64,000 nucleotides of DNA from an uncultured bacterium (GTDB taxonomy: Bacteria; Bacillota; Clostridia; Christensenellales; Borkfalkiaceae), in the NCBI GenBank assembly GCA_949746255.1, contig CATKAP010000212.1, positions 1,689-65,688 of the forward strand. The letters are read 5' to 3'. A model generated the notes under the pieces. The model saw only the letters and a list, made by a program, of their open reading frames with translations. It was not told the DNA's origin and searched no databases. Of the stretch, positions 36,601 through 48,000 are shown piece after piece (position 1 is the stretch's first letter; each line of letters begins with the position of its first letter). The position numbers and the translations under genes are program-made.

Positions 36601-36670
36601 TCAGCGCAATAAGCTGAGTATTGGTAAATTTTCTTTTTACCGTTACCTTTTTTTCCTTATCAGGCATCAT
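33602..36670 (-). CDS. GH3 beta-glycosidase with reversed domain order, N- and C-terminal TM helices (paralog of 28021-31335)
   Basis: The ORF track starts at TTG 36685. AAGGAG is followed by ATGATG, so the start is ATG 36670 or 36667. The motifs run in this order: VLLKNEDNALPL, TGGEAADL, PSGRTADTY, YPFGYGLSYTSF, GKEVVQLYYSAPY, then KHFVANDSE and GFNGTLVTDW. The TM helices are FMALIAIIMAALIVASCMF and VVYVVLVEAALAAGIGVMAFFLV. Confidence 0.92.
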   Translation of the reverse strand: MMPDKEKKVTVKRKFTNTQLIALNTPFMALIAIIMAALIVASCMFADTISLFLYGVGDSKGDPQTLADGAALCEEITEEGTVLLKNEDNALPLSEEEAEKVNVFGWAAYDWMTSTFGSGFSNTSLDKIKLFPALKAAGIEYNTTLFNMYKDFYSATTIGSRDWGKKDWTEYRGDVDVGTTKKFILHEPGETFYTDAVINEAKAFSDVALVVIGRTGGEAADLRFEQVKQVQINGSNSTTTDGSRSYLEISTEEEQMIAAAKKACDKVIVILNTSNTMELGFVDDEGIDAALLVGLTGLTGVNAVVDVLRGKDEDGRAVTPSGRTADTYAYDISTAPSSVNSGYGGAVKYTGLSTSNNYSKNYYDAYVDYHEGIYVGYRYYETAAEDGFIDYDATVQYPFGYGLSYTSFEWEVEAALINGRPQNLNAKTTLGKNDKIEIYVNVKNTGSRAGKEVVQLYYSAPYISGEIEKSSVVLGDFAKTDVIEPNETKQVKLEITVQSMASYDCYDANKNSHTGYELDGGNYYLRLMKNSHDPADMAANAKSVLEYEIPSEGYDYDKDEKTGKPVENRFTGNDTIDGYPIDGSKETTPVTYLSRANFGGTFPKNKIIRTINAEADQIARAQAPTEKQLEATGYANVSKPLTSNVKTYTVDDLMDAEDYEDPIFDTIVTQLSVSELFELIRNGYFKTAKLDSIEKPVFVDLDGPLGLNTRVTSNTTNQFVAYPSGTLIAQTFNTDLAYALGLSVGKEARGSDLGIRGWYGPGANIHRNPYGGRNAEYYSEDAYLSGKFTAETVRGAKNAGLYCYIKHFVANDSESLREGLYTFMTEQTFREIYLKPFEMAVKDGGSNALMTSMNRIGAVWVGASRALCTDILKNEWGFNGTLVTDWVDVRSWNETTPLYMCVYKGIWAGNSTWLNNTDAQKMFSDGQFADNNAFVKLAQNVAHDVLWTLTDTNQVYAAYDPEADTSLSKGGFTYNRTWVVYVVLVEAALAAGIGVMAFFLVKKIKRNNKLQGKGETVYLYEE

Positions 36671-36765
36671 TTTCTCCTTATTCAAATCGGGAATCCCGTT
36701 CCCGTCACTTTCGCCGTTAGTTTACCACATAATTTTAAATTCAATCCAAAAATGTCATAACTCAA

Positions 36766-36799
36766 CAAAAAAACGGCACCATTCAAGGTGCCGTTTTTA
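36766..36799. terminator. Bidirectional intrinsic terminator after the histidine kinase gene
   Basis: The stem is ACGGCACC (36773-36780) paired with GGTGCCGT (36787-36794). It is flanked by an A-run and a T-run, and lies 16 nt downstream of the stop at 36815. Confidence 0.85.
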
Positions 36800-36814
36800 A
36801 AATATTTTATATAT

Positions 36815-38152
36815 TCAGTTGTTTTCCGATTCGACGGGAAGCAAAATATCCAACGTGAAAAGTCCGTTCTCTGCCGTAACGGTCATAACTCCTCCGTAAG
36901 AATTTACTATTCGGTTCATACTTTTCATTCCGAAGCCGTGATAATTTTTATCTTTGGTGGTTTCTGGCAAATCTCCCGAAAAAACCACGTCGCCGTCATA
37001 CGGGTTTTCAACGTGAATGGAACACATACCGCCTATTTGCGTAACTTTGAGCGCAATATGCCGCATATTTTCCTGCGGCAGCGCGGAAACGCTGTCAATG
37101 GCGTTGGAAAGCGCGTTGCCGAACAACGAATAAACTTCCATTTCGTCCATAAATTCCAATAATTTGCCGTTGACCACCATTGTTAGCTTTATGTTTTTAG
37201 ATTCGCATTGAAGTTTTTTTTCCGTTAGCAACGTATCCAAAACCGCGCTGCCCGTCTTAACGGTGGAGTCGTAAATCATTACGGCTTTTTCTATTTCGGA
37301 AATATACTTTCCCGACTTGTCCTCCCGTAATACCGCGAGCTGATGTTTCAAGTCATGGCATTTTTCGTTGATAATTTGTATATTTTCTTTAGTCATTAAA
37401 AATTGTTCGCGTTCCTGATGCAACAGTTCCTTTACGTCGAGATACTCTTTTGTAATTACGTCGTTTTTTGCGATGTTCAACTGAACGGCTATAATCAAGC
37501 CGCTGCAAAATACGGCGTACAAAGGTTCCGCTATCTTAGCAAATTCCGAACGGTCGGGGTCGTCGTTGGAAAGCCTCGAAAGACAAATAAATACCACTAC
37601 CACCAAAAGACATAAAATAACTTTATTTTTGTTATTGCCGTGGTAACATTCGTCGTCAAACTTCCTTTGCCGAAGCAAATAGAATAAAACAAGATAAACC
37701 GTAACCCTCGTCAATATCCATACCGCGGTATCCGTTACATAATTGTACGGTTCCGACAGCATAGCCGTTAAAGGAGCGAAAAGCGTGCCTATACTGTAAG
37801 CCAAATACTGTATAGCATATCCGGTGGACGCGCACACCAACACTACTATAAACGACTGATCGTAACTGAACCACACGCAAAATATCGTCATGCCGAAAAT
37901 TACGATATAATAAAATATTTTAAAAATAATTCCTTCCGTATCGGACGGTACGCCGTAATTGAAATGAGTTCCCGTTATTATGAAATACATCAGTTCAATC
38001 CAAACGGTTAAAAATATGCATACCGCCGCGCTGCCGAAAAACCGAAGGTAAAAATAATGCTTCCGTTTAAAAAATCTTGCGACAATAAATTCGGCGGTCA
38101 GGATTTCCGCCGCCATCAGCGGCGTCATTAACAGTGAAATAAAAGTTTCCAT
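36815..38152 (-). CDS. AgrC/ComD-like (HPK10, GHKL) sensor histidine kinase with a polytopic N-terminal sensor
   Basis: There are about six N-terminal TM helices. The H-box is NEKCHDLKHQL, the N-box is LFGNALSNAIDS and the G-box is YHGFGMKSM. The start overlaps the response regulator stop by 1 nt (TAATG). Confidence 0.88.
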   Translation of the reverse strand: METFISLLMTPLMAAEILTAEFIVARFFKRKHYFYLRFFGSAAVCIFLTVWIELMYFIITGTHFNYGVPSDTEGIIFKIFYYIVIFGMTIFCVWFSYDQSFIVVLVCASTGYAIQYLAYSIGTLFAPLTAMLSEPYNYVTDTAVWILTRVTVYLVLFYLLRQRKFDDECYHGNNKNKVILCLLVVVVFICLSRLSNDDPDRSEFAKIAEPLYAVFCSGLIIAVQLNIAKNDVITKEYLDVKELLHQEREQFLMTKENIQIINEKCHDLKHQLAVLREDKSGKYISEIEKAVMIYDSTVKTGSAVLDTLLTEKKLQCESKNIKLTMVVNGKLLEFMDEMEVYSLFGNALSNAIDSVSALPQENMRHIALKVTQIGGMCSIHVENPYDGDVVFSGDLPETTKDKNYHGFGMKSMNRIVNSYGGVMTVTAENGLFTLDILLPVESENN

Positions 38153-38859
38153 TATATGGTATCGCCTATATACTTAGCAAGTTCCGACATAAACTGTTTA
38201 CGTTTACCCTGACTTACGAAAAGCTCGTCTCCCGTGCTTAAAATAACTGTCTTGTTAACTTTTCTGACGTAAGCGAGATTAACGAGATAGCAACTGTTGC
38301 ACAGTGAAAAATAATATTTATCAAGTTCCTGCGTAACGCTTTTAAGCGTGCCGCGGGCAACGTAAACCTCCCCGCCCGCGTGGTAAATAACGTCGTGAGT
38401 TTTAACTTCAACGTAAGCTATATCCGAAACGTTTAACCGCGCAATTCCGTTTTTGGTTTTTACGTTTATAAATTCGCCGGGTTTTCTATGATTCAATTCT
38501 TTGCAAATCCTTTCAAGTTTCATTGCAAAGCCGTTATAATCCACAGGTTTTAAAATGAAATCGAAAGCGTTTACGGCATAACCTTCAACGGCGTATTGCG
38601 CAAGATTGGTCACAAAAACAATTAAAACGCGCGGGTCGATTTGTCTTATGCGAACGGCGGCTTCCATACCGTTCATTAAATTCATCTGAATATCCATGAA
38701 CATCACGTCGAAATCGGCGTGATAATTTTCTATCAGCGTATAGGCGTCGGAATATGAAAATATCTGGACGTTTTCGCCGCGCAAGTCGAAAAACTTTTGC
38801 ACGTAACTTTTTATCTTATCGGAAACTTCCTTTTCGTCTTCGAGAATACCGATTTTCAT
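38152..38859 (-). CDS. LytTR-family response regulator (REC + LytTR DNA-binding domain)
   Basis: ATG 38859 has GGAGG upstream. REC motifs are ILEDE, VMFMDIQM (phospho-Asp) and FILKP. The C-terminal LytTR-like region reads INVKTKNGIARLNVSDIAYVEV...YLVNLAYV. Confidence 0.9.
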   Translation of the reverse strand: MKIGILEDEKEVSDKIKSYVQKFFDLRGENVQIFSYSDAYTLIENYHADFDVMFMDIQMNLMNGMEAAVRIRQIDPRVLIVFVTNLAQYAVEGYAVNAFDFILKPVDYNGFAMKLERICKELNHRKPGEFINVKTKNGIARLNVSDIAYVEVKTHDVIYHAGGEVYVARGTLKSVTQELDKYYFSLCNSCYLVNLAYVRKVNKTVILSTGDELFVSQGKRKQFMSELAKYIGDTI

Positions 38860-38911
38860 ACGACCTCCGTTTAAGGATTTAATACACTTAGTTTACATAG
38901 TTAATGAACTA

Positions 38912-38940
38912 ATTATATATGCAAAATAATTTTTTGTCAA
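38912..38940 (-). promoter_or_regulatory. Perfect consensus sigma-70 promoter for the LytTR/HPK10 operon
   Basis: On the minus strand I read TTGACA (38940-38935), exactly 17 bp of spacer, and TATAAT (38917-38912). This lies about 50 nt upstream of the ATG at 38859. Confidence 0.8.
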
Positions 38941-38958
38941 TATCCGAATTTTATCTAT

Positions 38959-38989
38959 AAAAATCCACCCGCGAACGGGTGGATTTTTT
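38959..38989. terminator. Bidirectional intrinsic terminator after giant gene C
   Basis: The stem is ATCCACCCG (38963-38971), loop CGAA, then CGGGTGGAT (38976-38984). It is flanked by an A-run and a T-run, and lies 18 nt downstream of the stop at 39007. Confidence 0.88.
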
Positions 38990-39006
38990 ATATTGGTTTT
39001 TTTCCT

Positions 39007-42000
39007 TTATTCGGTAACTTCCGGCTGTTCGTCGCCGTCGCCTCCGGTTTGAGGAGGTACAGTAGCCTGCCATTTGTTATCTTCGAAATTCCACTCGAAT
39101 TCGTCGGTAGTGGTCTTTTCTATGGAGAACGTAACCGAAGCCGTGGTAGTTCCGTCGGTAAACACGTAGTTTTTATCGGTAATTGTTGCAACCGCCGTAT
39201 AATCTTCGCCTACGTCGGTCGTCGCGCCGGTCACTGTAAGCGCGACAGACTGTTTATTTGTGTCTGTATACCAAGCAACGGGAGCAATTGCCGAGCCGGT
39301 GTATTCCAGCGTGGTTTTACCCCACTGTACGCTTACCTTTTTGGGAACGACTACAACCTTTACCGTTGCGCTGTCCGCGACCAACGTGTAGTTATTGTTT
39401 CTTATAAGTTTTGCGGTAACGTTATACGTGCCGGCGTTTATTATCGCGTTAACAGGTTTGCCCTCGCCGTCGGTAACCGTATAAGCGAAGTTAACCTCCG
39501 CGTCCGCCGTACCGACAGGCATTTGCGCTTTTCCGTTATACTCGAATTCGTACGCGCCGTCGTCGTTGAGCGTGCCGCCCGTCCAAGTTACCGTAAGTTC
39601 TGCGGAATTGATGCGGATATATCTGAAACTGTCAAAATCATAGTTGTTAAAGACATCCTCCGCTCTCGCAATATAAGCGTCGCCGCTTACCGCCGTTACC
39701 TTACCTCCGCTTACGGGCACGTTGAACACTTCTCCGTTAACGCCCGTAAAGGTCGCCGTAAGAGTATGCGCTTTGCCGTCGTATTCCCATGTATAGGTTA
39801 ACCCTACGGGTAAAGTGTCGTCGTCGGCTTCCCATTCCACGGTAACTTCCAAAGGCTTAATAACCACTTTTATTTCGGGAACTATATCGGGAGCAAACGC
39901 GCTGTTTGCCGAATTTGCAGGCGCGGCAACCGCGGTATATTCGCCCGCTTCGCTTCCTACGCCGGTTATGGAAAGTTCGGAAACCCTCGTCTTGTTTTCG
40001 CCGTCGCTTCTGACCGCGTACGCCTTAACGGAAGGAATATTTCCGCTGTAATCGAAGGTATAAACACCGTCCTCCAAAGAAACATAACCTTCGACAACCC
40101 ATTCTATTTCGGTTATTTCGCTTTGTACAACATTGAAGGTATGCGTTCCGGCATGTTCGCCTGAAGTAAATTTAAACGTGCAGTTTTCGGGAGCTATCGC
40201 CGTCGCGGTATATGTGCCCGCGTCAACCGCGCCGCCCACTACCAAAAGGGATTGCGTATCGCCGTTCCAATCGGTGAAGCTTGCTGAAGGTTTAAACGCG
40301 TTAACGCCGTCGTAACTCCATTCGAATTCGCCGTCTCTGTCCGCGTTACCTTCCCAATTAACGGTAATTTCGAACTTAACTATGCTGAATTCCTTTTCGG
40401 AATTGGTAACGGAGTAATTGGAATTGCCGATTACGACGCGCGCCGTATAAACGCCCACGCCGCTTTCCGCGCCGATAACCGAAATACCGTAATCGGCAAG
40501 CGTAATAGTCGCGCCGTTTATAGTAGCTCTTGTTACTGCGGGAACGTGTTGCTTTCCGTCGTAAGACCAGCTTGTATCCGTGCCCCAGGTAATAACGATT
40601 TCCTGCTTTTCGATAACGAAGGTAACCGTATCCGCGCCGTCTATGACATAGTTGCCGTTAGTAAGTTTTACGGTTGCGCTGTGCGTGCCGGAATCGGTTG
40701 CGCCGGAAACAACATAATCGTTTTCGCCGAGCGCAAGCGCCAAGCCGTCCGCGGGAGTGAAAGTAATTTTCGGAATTATAATTTCACCGTTGTAAGTATA
40801 AGTAGCGCTTTCGTCGAGCGCAACGCTTACCGCGCGGGGCTGAACGGTAAACTTTTTAACCGTTCCGTTAGCAAACGAATTCACGCTGTCGTTTATAACC
40901 GCTTCATACGCGCCCGCATTCGTGCCCGAACCGTACACGGTAAGCCTTACTTTTTCGCCGTCGTCGTTAATAAAGTACGCTACGGGACAGAAAACGGAAC
41001 CGTTGTAAACGTACACGATGTTGCCCGTCTCTTCCGCGCCGATATCGTCGCCGTCCATACCTAACGCCCAATGAACTTCGGGAAGTTCGCTGCGAACGAT
41101 TCTGAATTCCGCAAACACTTCCGAAACGGCAAAATTTGCAAATTCGAAATCGGAGGGAACGAACGCATACGCGCGGTAGGAGCCCTCGCGGGAAGCCTTT
41201 CCGATCACGTTCATATCGCCGCTGACAACCGCGCCGTTTAAGGTTAAGCTGAACGAAGCCGAAGGACCGTATTTAGCGGTGGGATTGCTTGCCGAAAGGG
41301 TGTATTCGTAATAAGTGCCGTCGCCGTCCGTTTTAATAGTTCCGCCGTTGGCAGACCAAGTAACGTAATCGTTGATATTTAATTTTTTAATAGTGTATTG
41401 ATGAGTAACTTCGCAGCCTGCGGCAAAAGTAAAGTTTTTATCCGCATAGGCCGTAGCGGTATAAGTGCCCGCGTTGATAGCGCCTGAAACGCCGAGGTTC
41501 CAGCTCTTGCCTCCCGCAACGCCTTGCGCCGAAGGACCCTGCATCGTGCCGTTGTATTCCCATTCGAACTTGCCGTCAGCAGAGTTTCCCGTCCATTCTA
41601 TGCTGTCGAGAACCACGGGCGTAATGGTATACGCAAACGCGCCGTCCTCTTTAGCCACGTTGTATTCCGTAGAAGTTATAAACGCGCTGTATTTGCCCGC
41701 GTCCGTTCTTGCGCCGCCTACGTTAAGCACTGTATATTTACTTGCCTGCGGTGCGGCGGGATCGTAACCGTCGCCGGGTATAATAGCCATGGGAGCCTGG
41801 GCTTCGCCGTTGTACGTGAATACTGCGGCGACAGGAGTCGCGCCGTTAAGCACTGTGTGCGTGCCGTCCTCGTTTTCGATTACCCAATAAACGGTAACTG
41901 TATCGTTTACGATAACAAGATCCGTAACCGTAAAGTCGAGCTGCAAAGCTTCGCCCGTGATTCCGTTAAGGAACGCGCAGTTTGTGTTCGCCTTATCGGA

Positions 42001-45000
42001 AGATTTAAGACTTGCCGTAGCCGTGTAGCTTACGCCTTCCGTGCTGTAATCCCAATATCCCGAGGAAGGAATTTTTCCGTCCGAGGTGGAATAAGTTACG
42101 TCGAGCAAAATAAGCAATTCGGAGCTGCCAGTCCATGCGGAAGCGGTGCGTGCTTCCAAAACGCCGTAAGCGACGAGTCCGGGACCGTCTTTGCCGTAAA
42201 CCGATATGTACTGATAGCTGGGGTTGCCCTCAACCTCTTTGCCGTCGCTCTCGAACCACTTTATAGCGTTAACGCGGCTCTGTAAGATTTTAAACGTCTG
42301 AGTAGCGTTGGAAAGAGTGTAATTATCGTCGGAAATCAACGCTCTCGCCGTAGCCGTACCTGAACCGGTATTGTTTGTCTGTCCGCCCGTAACGGTAACT
42401 TCGAGTTCGGCGCGATTAAGCCCGTGAACGGTAGCCTCAGGCGCGTGCTGTTTACCGTCGTAAAGCCATACGAACGAACCGTCCGCAAAAATTGCGGAGG
42501 GGTCTGCCGACCAAACCGCCGTAACGGAAGCGCGCTCTATGGTGAACGTTCCTTCATAAACGTTGTAGTTGCCTTCCGTATCGGTAATTTTGAGTATATA
42601 GTTGCCGGCGTTTACCGGAGCGTTTGAAGAATATTCTCTTGTTGTTCCGCCCGTAACCGCGGCATATTCCGCTTTGAAATTGGAATCAAGCGTATCCGTA
42701 ACGGGATTCTGCGCTTCGCCGTTGTACACAAGCGAAGGAGCAAGATTAACCGTAAGGTCTGCTTTGTTTACCGTGAATTCAGCGGTTATGTAACCGTTTT
42801 CCGAACCTTTAAGCACGTAATTACTGCTGTTAAGTTTTGCGTGCACAATATATTTACCGGCGTTTATCGCTTCGGTAACTTTCTGCTCGCCTACATAGAA
42901 TTCGTATTCCGTAGTACCGTCCGCACCCGTAACGTTGAGCACGGGAACGTTTGCCGAACCGCTGTAAACTACGTTGAGCGAATTCTCATCCCAGCTCCAT
43001 TCGGCTTCGGCGCGGTTAACCGTATAAGTAAGCGTGCGCGTAGCCGAGGAAACGCGGTAATTTCTATCCGAGGAATACTCGGAAATTTCAAGAGTATAAG
43101 CGCCGGGGTTAACTATATTTCCGTCCACAAGATTTGCAGAAGAAATGGTATAAACAAGCTGTTGCCTGTTGCCCGCCATGTCGGTGAAATATACGGTTAC
43201 GGTATGCGCGTTGCCGTCGTAAACGCTTTCGCTCTTCTCCAATTGCGCTTCAACCGTTCGCGGCACGATAGTAAACGTTTCCACCGTAATTACGCCTATG
43301 CCGCTTGCAAGGCGGTAATTGTGATTTCCCGCAAGCGTTACGTAAACGTTATATATTCCCGCGTTTACGGGAGCGGCGACGTAATTGTCGTCTCCGTCGG
43401 TATAAGTTAATATAACTTCAACCACGTCGTTTCCGACCAACCCTTCGGGAAGAACGGTAACACCGCGGGTTTCGCCGTTGAACTCTACAGCCAGATCGCC
43501 CCAGCGCACGTTTAAATTTCTCTGTTCTATTTCAAACTCCGCGGTAGCTAATCCGGTATAATTTCCGATACCGTTTACGTAAATTTTAGCCGTACCCGCG
43601 TTTACGTTGTTGGAAGCCGAAACCGTATAATCTTTGCCTTCTTCCAAAATAACCCCGTTTAACGTTACGGTGACTTTGGGAATCTGAGCCGTACCGTCGT
43701 AAATTACGTTTCCTACCGAAATTTCGGCGATACTTATATTTTCCGGAAGTATTTCAAATACCACGGCAGGATTATCGGCAACGCCGGAGCTAGTTGCATT
43801 TATGTAATATTTGCCTACTTTATTCAATGCGGTTACCGGTCTGCCCGTTTCGTCCGCTATGGCGAAAGGTGTGGAATTCGCATTCGAAATCGTATAGCTT
43901 TTACCTTCTTCGTGAACTACCGAAATATAAGAAGCATCCCCGAACGGAATGGTTTGACCGCCGTCGTTATATTGCCAACTTATACGGCGTCCGACACTGT
44001 TGCTGCTGGTTCCGTTGACCTTTAATTCCCCGCTCGCGTCAACAAAAGAGCCGTAATTGCATGTAAAATATTTGCCTGCGTTTGCAAAAGTATGTCCGTA
44101 CGCCGCGTAGCCTTTTGTAACTATATAACCGCTTTTAGAGGTGACGCCTATTCTTGTTGAGGAAGATAAAACCTTTTTAATAACTATTTTAGCGTCGTTG
44201 GCTAAGTCGCCGACATACACGTCGTTATGTTCCTTTACTCTGTTACCGCTTGTTGTATTTAATTTATCGTAGAAATTATCGATTATCACGCCGCCGGTAA
44301 GATTCATTTGCGTGGTTCCCGCAAGATGCCCTCCGCCGCCGTATTCGTTTCCGCTGATATTACCCGTAATTATACCGCCGTTCATATTAAACGTACCGTT
44401 AGTAACGGCAAAACCGCCGCCTGTTCCGGGAGAAACGTTATTGCGTATAGCGCCGCCGTTCATTGTAAACACTGAACCTTCGTTATGAACGAATAATCCG
44501 CCCACGTCTAATTCGCATGTGTTCTCTGAAATTACACCGCCGCTCATTGTAACCGTGGCAGCCCTACTGTCTAAGCCGCCGGCAATATAAGCTTTATTCC
44601 CCGAAATTTTTCCGCCGTCTATTACAATCGAGCCGCCCTCCATAGCCACGCCGCCGCCGAATTGCTTAGCGGTGTTACCAATAATTTCGCCGCCCGACAA
44701 CGTAATCGTAGCCCCGTATGAATAAATTCCGCCGCCATTGTTAACACTCGACAAATTATTCAGCACAGAACCGCCCGTCATTATAAACGTGCCGTTGGCT
44801 AAAGATATTCCTCCGCCGTGAGAATCGGAAATGTTTTTATTTATTTTTCCGCCGTTTATTACGACGTAAGCGTGATTAATAGCCGCCAATCCGCCTCCAC
44901 GAAGGGTTTGATTGTAAGAAATTTCACCGCCGTTCATTATAAAACTACTTATAATTGTGTTTCCGTCAGCGTCAACACGCACGCCGCCGCCGTGAGAATT

Positions 45001-48000
45001 AGCCACGCGGTCTCTGTTATAGCATATGATACCGCCGTTCATTACAATAGAACCGCCGGCGTAAGCTATAACCGCAGAACCGCCGGAGCTTATTCCAGCC
45101 ATATTGAATGAAATTTCACCTTCGTTAATTTCGACAAGCCCGCCACCGGACACAAAGATAGCCGAACCGTTTTGATAACATTTGTTATTGGCAATAACTC
45201 CGCCGTTCATTATAAATTTCGTACCGGACCCGTTTACATAAACGCCCGCATTGAACGCTATATTTCCGGCTATGTTACCGCCGTTCATTATAAATTTAGC
45301 GCCGCCGCCGACACATACGCCGCCGCCTACACGGGTAGGACCCTTACCCGCACCGGCTTCTTTTGCCGCATTGCCGCCCGTAATCGCGCCGCCGCCGAAG
45401 CTGTCGTTCAAAGTAAAGTCGCCGAATAAGGTTATGCATCGTCCGTCGGGAAGCCCGTTTTCAACGTTTAACAGATTTCTGTCTATCCGATATCCGTTTA
45501 AATCCAAAATTATGTTAGCGCCCTTGGGAACACATATACTTCCGTTATAGAATCCCACGCCCGTACCGAACGAAGTTGTAAAAGTTTCGTCGGGCATAGC
45601 AAGCCAGTCGCGGGTAAGTTTAACCGTGACAGCCGAACCGCGGTTTGTAAGGCTTTGCTGTACCGCCGCGTTCCATTCGTTTATTATTGCTGAATTGTCG
45701 TTTGTAAAATAACTGTCTTTTGCTTCCTTGGCAAGTTTGGTAATGTTAAGGTGCATTGCGGGGCGTAAATAATACTTTGACGTACTACTTGTTACGTTAA
45801 TACTGCCCGTATGCCCTAAAAGATGAGGGCCGTTCGCACTCCATCCTCTTCCGGATCTAACATAAATATAATCGTTTTTTTGTCCGTTAAACGAACGCTG
45901 TTCTAAGTTGGTTTTCCAAATACCCCCTTCGGTACCTGTACCCGTTTCAGAAAATGAAGGAAGCCATAAAAGGTCGTTCGCCCAGTCGTTGTAGCCTTGT
46001 TTGAACGAATAATCCATATTGACAGTATTATTAGAGTAAAAATAACCGCCGCTGGGAGTACCGTACGCTTCATTGGGAAGGTTAAACATCCAACTTAAAA
46101 TATCCTGCGCACTTTGGTTTTCCTGCCATTCTACATTTATGGGCGCAACCATATACTGAGAATATTTTTCAATAAGAGTTTTCCATATCTCTTGTTGCAG
46201 CGAAGAGCCGTCCGTCAACGTTGTCGAATCGTAATTCTCCGGATACGACGTACCGCTAATATAAGCGCGCGCCATACTTGTGGAATACATATTCGAAGGA
46301 AAACTATAACTGGTTGAAGCGTTTGCAGAATTATTAAACGATACTTTTTCCTGCCCTGCGGGAATATCCTCAAGCCAAAGCGTGGCTATTATATCGCCCG
46401 AACGCGTTTTGGAAAGATAGGTAACGTCCCATTCCATTCCGCCTAGGTTAAGCATTATGTTTGCGCCGTCATTATTTTTACGGATATCCTCGGACGAAAG
46501 TTCTCCGTTACTTCTCAAATACTGATTAAGCGCCGAATATGTGGAACCGTTTTCCATTACCGCCGAATAAAACGCCGTTAGCGTGCTTGCATTGGGCGCG
46601 CCCTTTGTATCGTTATAAATATCGCCGATATTGTTATCGTCCGTGCTTAAATTAACCTCGTTGGAAGCCGCAGCCAAATCCAAATGGAACGCAGGACGAA
46701 CGGCATAGGAATTAGTAGCTACCAAAAGAGTTTCATTGTCTACGTCCAAACTTCCATTCTGTTTCAAAAAATAAACGTGATCAGCTCTGTAATTTCTTCC
46801 CGAACGTAACCATGACGATAAATTGGATTTTCTCATACTGCCCGGAAGATTCCAAAACCCGCTAATAGCCGTTGTAGTTCCCGTTTCAGTACTTGCGGGC
46901 GCCCAAAGAATATCGTTTTGCCAGCTTGTATATCCTACTTTGCTTGTAAAGTTCATATTTACGCCGTTTTTGTTATACCAGGTTCCCTCGGCAGGCGTAC
47001 CGTAAGCGTCGTTGGGATTTAAATTCGCTCCGCCTAATAAAGTTACGCTGCTTAAACCATCCTGCTGCCAGGCAACGTTTGCGGGAGCTACCATATACGC
47101 GCCGTATTTATCGCGCAAATCTTTCCAAACGGGAGCCGCCGTTCCCGCGGTAAGCGTAGTCGCCCCCATGGTAGCCGCATAAGAAGTGCCCATAAGCTGA
47201 CTTCTTATGTAACTGGAAGAATACATATTCGAAGGATAACTGTATGAAGTGTTGTTCGCCGACCATTTATTCCATTGCACGGCATTCTGCCCGTCGGTAA
47301 AACATACGTCGTCAAGCCAAAGGGTGGCTATAACTCTGCCGTCCTTTGTTTTGGAACCGTAAACAACGTTCCATTCTAAACCGTTCAATACTACTTTTGT
47401 TCCTATCGACGTAGCGTCTACAGAACCTAAATAACCGATTGTTCTGCTAAGATCCGCGTAGGATGAAACTCCCTGACCGCCTATAGCGGTATAAAGTTCA
47501 GAAAGTCCGTCTTTATTGAAATTGCCGTTATCTCCGAGGTCGATAGTCTGCGTTTCCGCCGCTTGCCATGCCTTCTTTAAATTTAAGTGAAACGCGGGAC
47601 GAACCGCCATTTCTTCCGTAACACGCACTGTTCCATCGTAATAGTCTCCGCCGGCTTGTAAAGCTAAAACGCTGGAAGCGCCCGTACCGTAAACTCCAAC
47701 GCCAGACGAACGCAACCAAGTACTTTCACCTGTGGAAGTGCTTCTGCTGTGTTTGCTTGTCACCCACAAACCGACTGAATTTTCCGTCATACCTGTTTCA
47801 CGCAAACTCGGAATCCAAAGCTTATCGTTTTTCCAATCAGTATACCCAGACTTTGAAGTAAAATCCATATTTACATCACTACCGGAGGTATACCAAGTAT
47901 TATTACCGAGAGGATCTCCCCAACATTCGTTAGGGCTATAATAAGCGCTATAACCTATATTTGTTGAATTTTGCGTTTCTTGTCTTGTAGTGCTGGCGGG

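Noticed and set aside
36686-39006. An Agr-type quorum-sensing locus (agrBDCA) around the HPK10/LytTR pair.
   Set aside because: Only the kinase and regulator are present. The flanking spacers are occupied by terminators and a promoter, and contain no AgrB-like membrane protease gene or small AgrD-like ORF.
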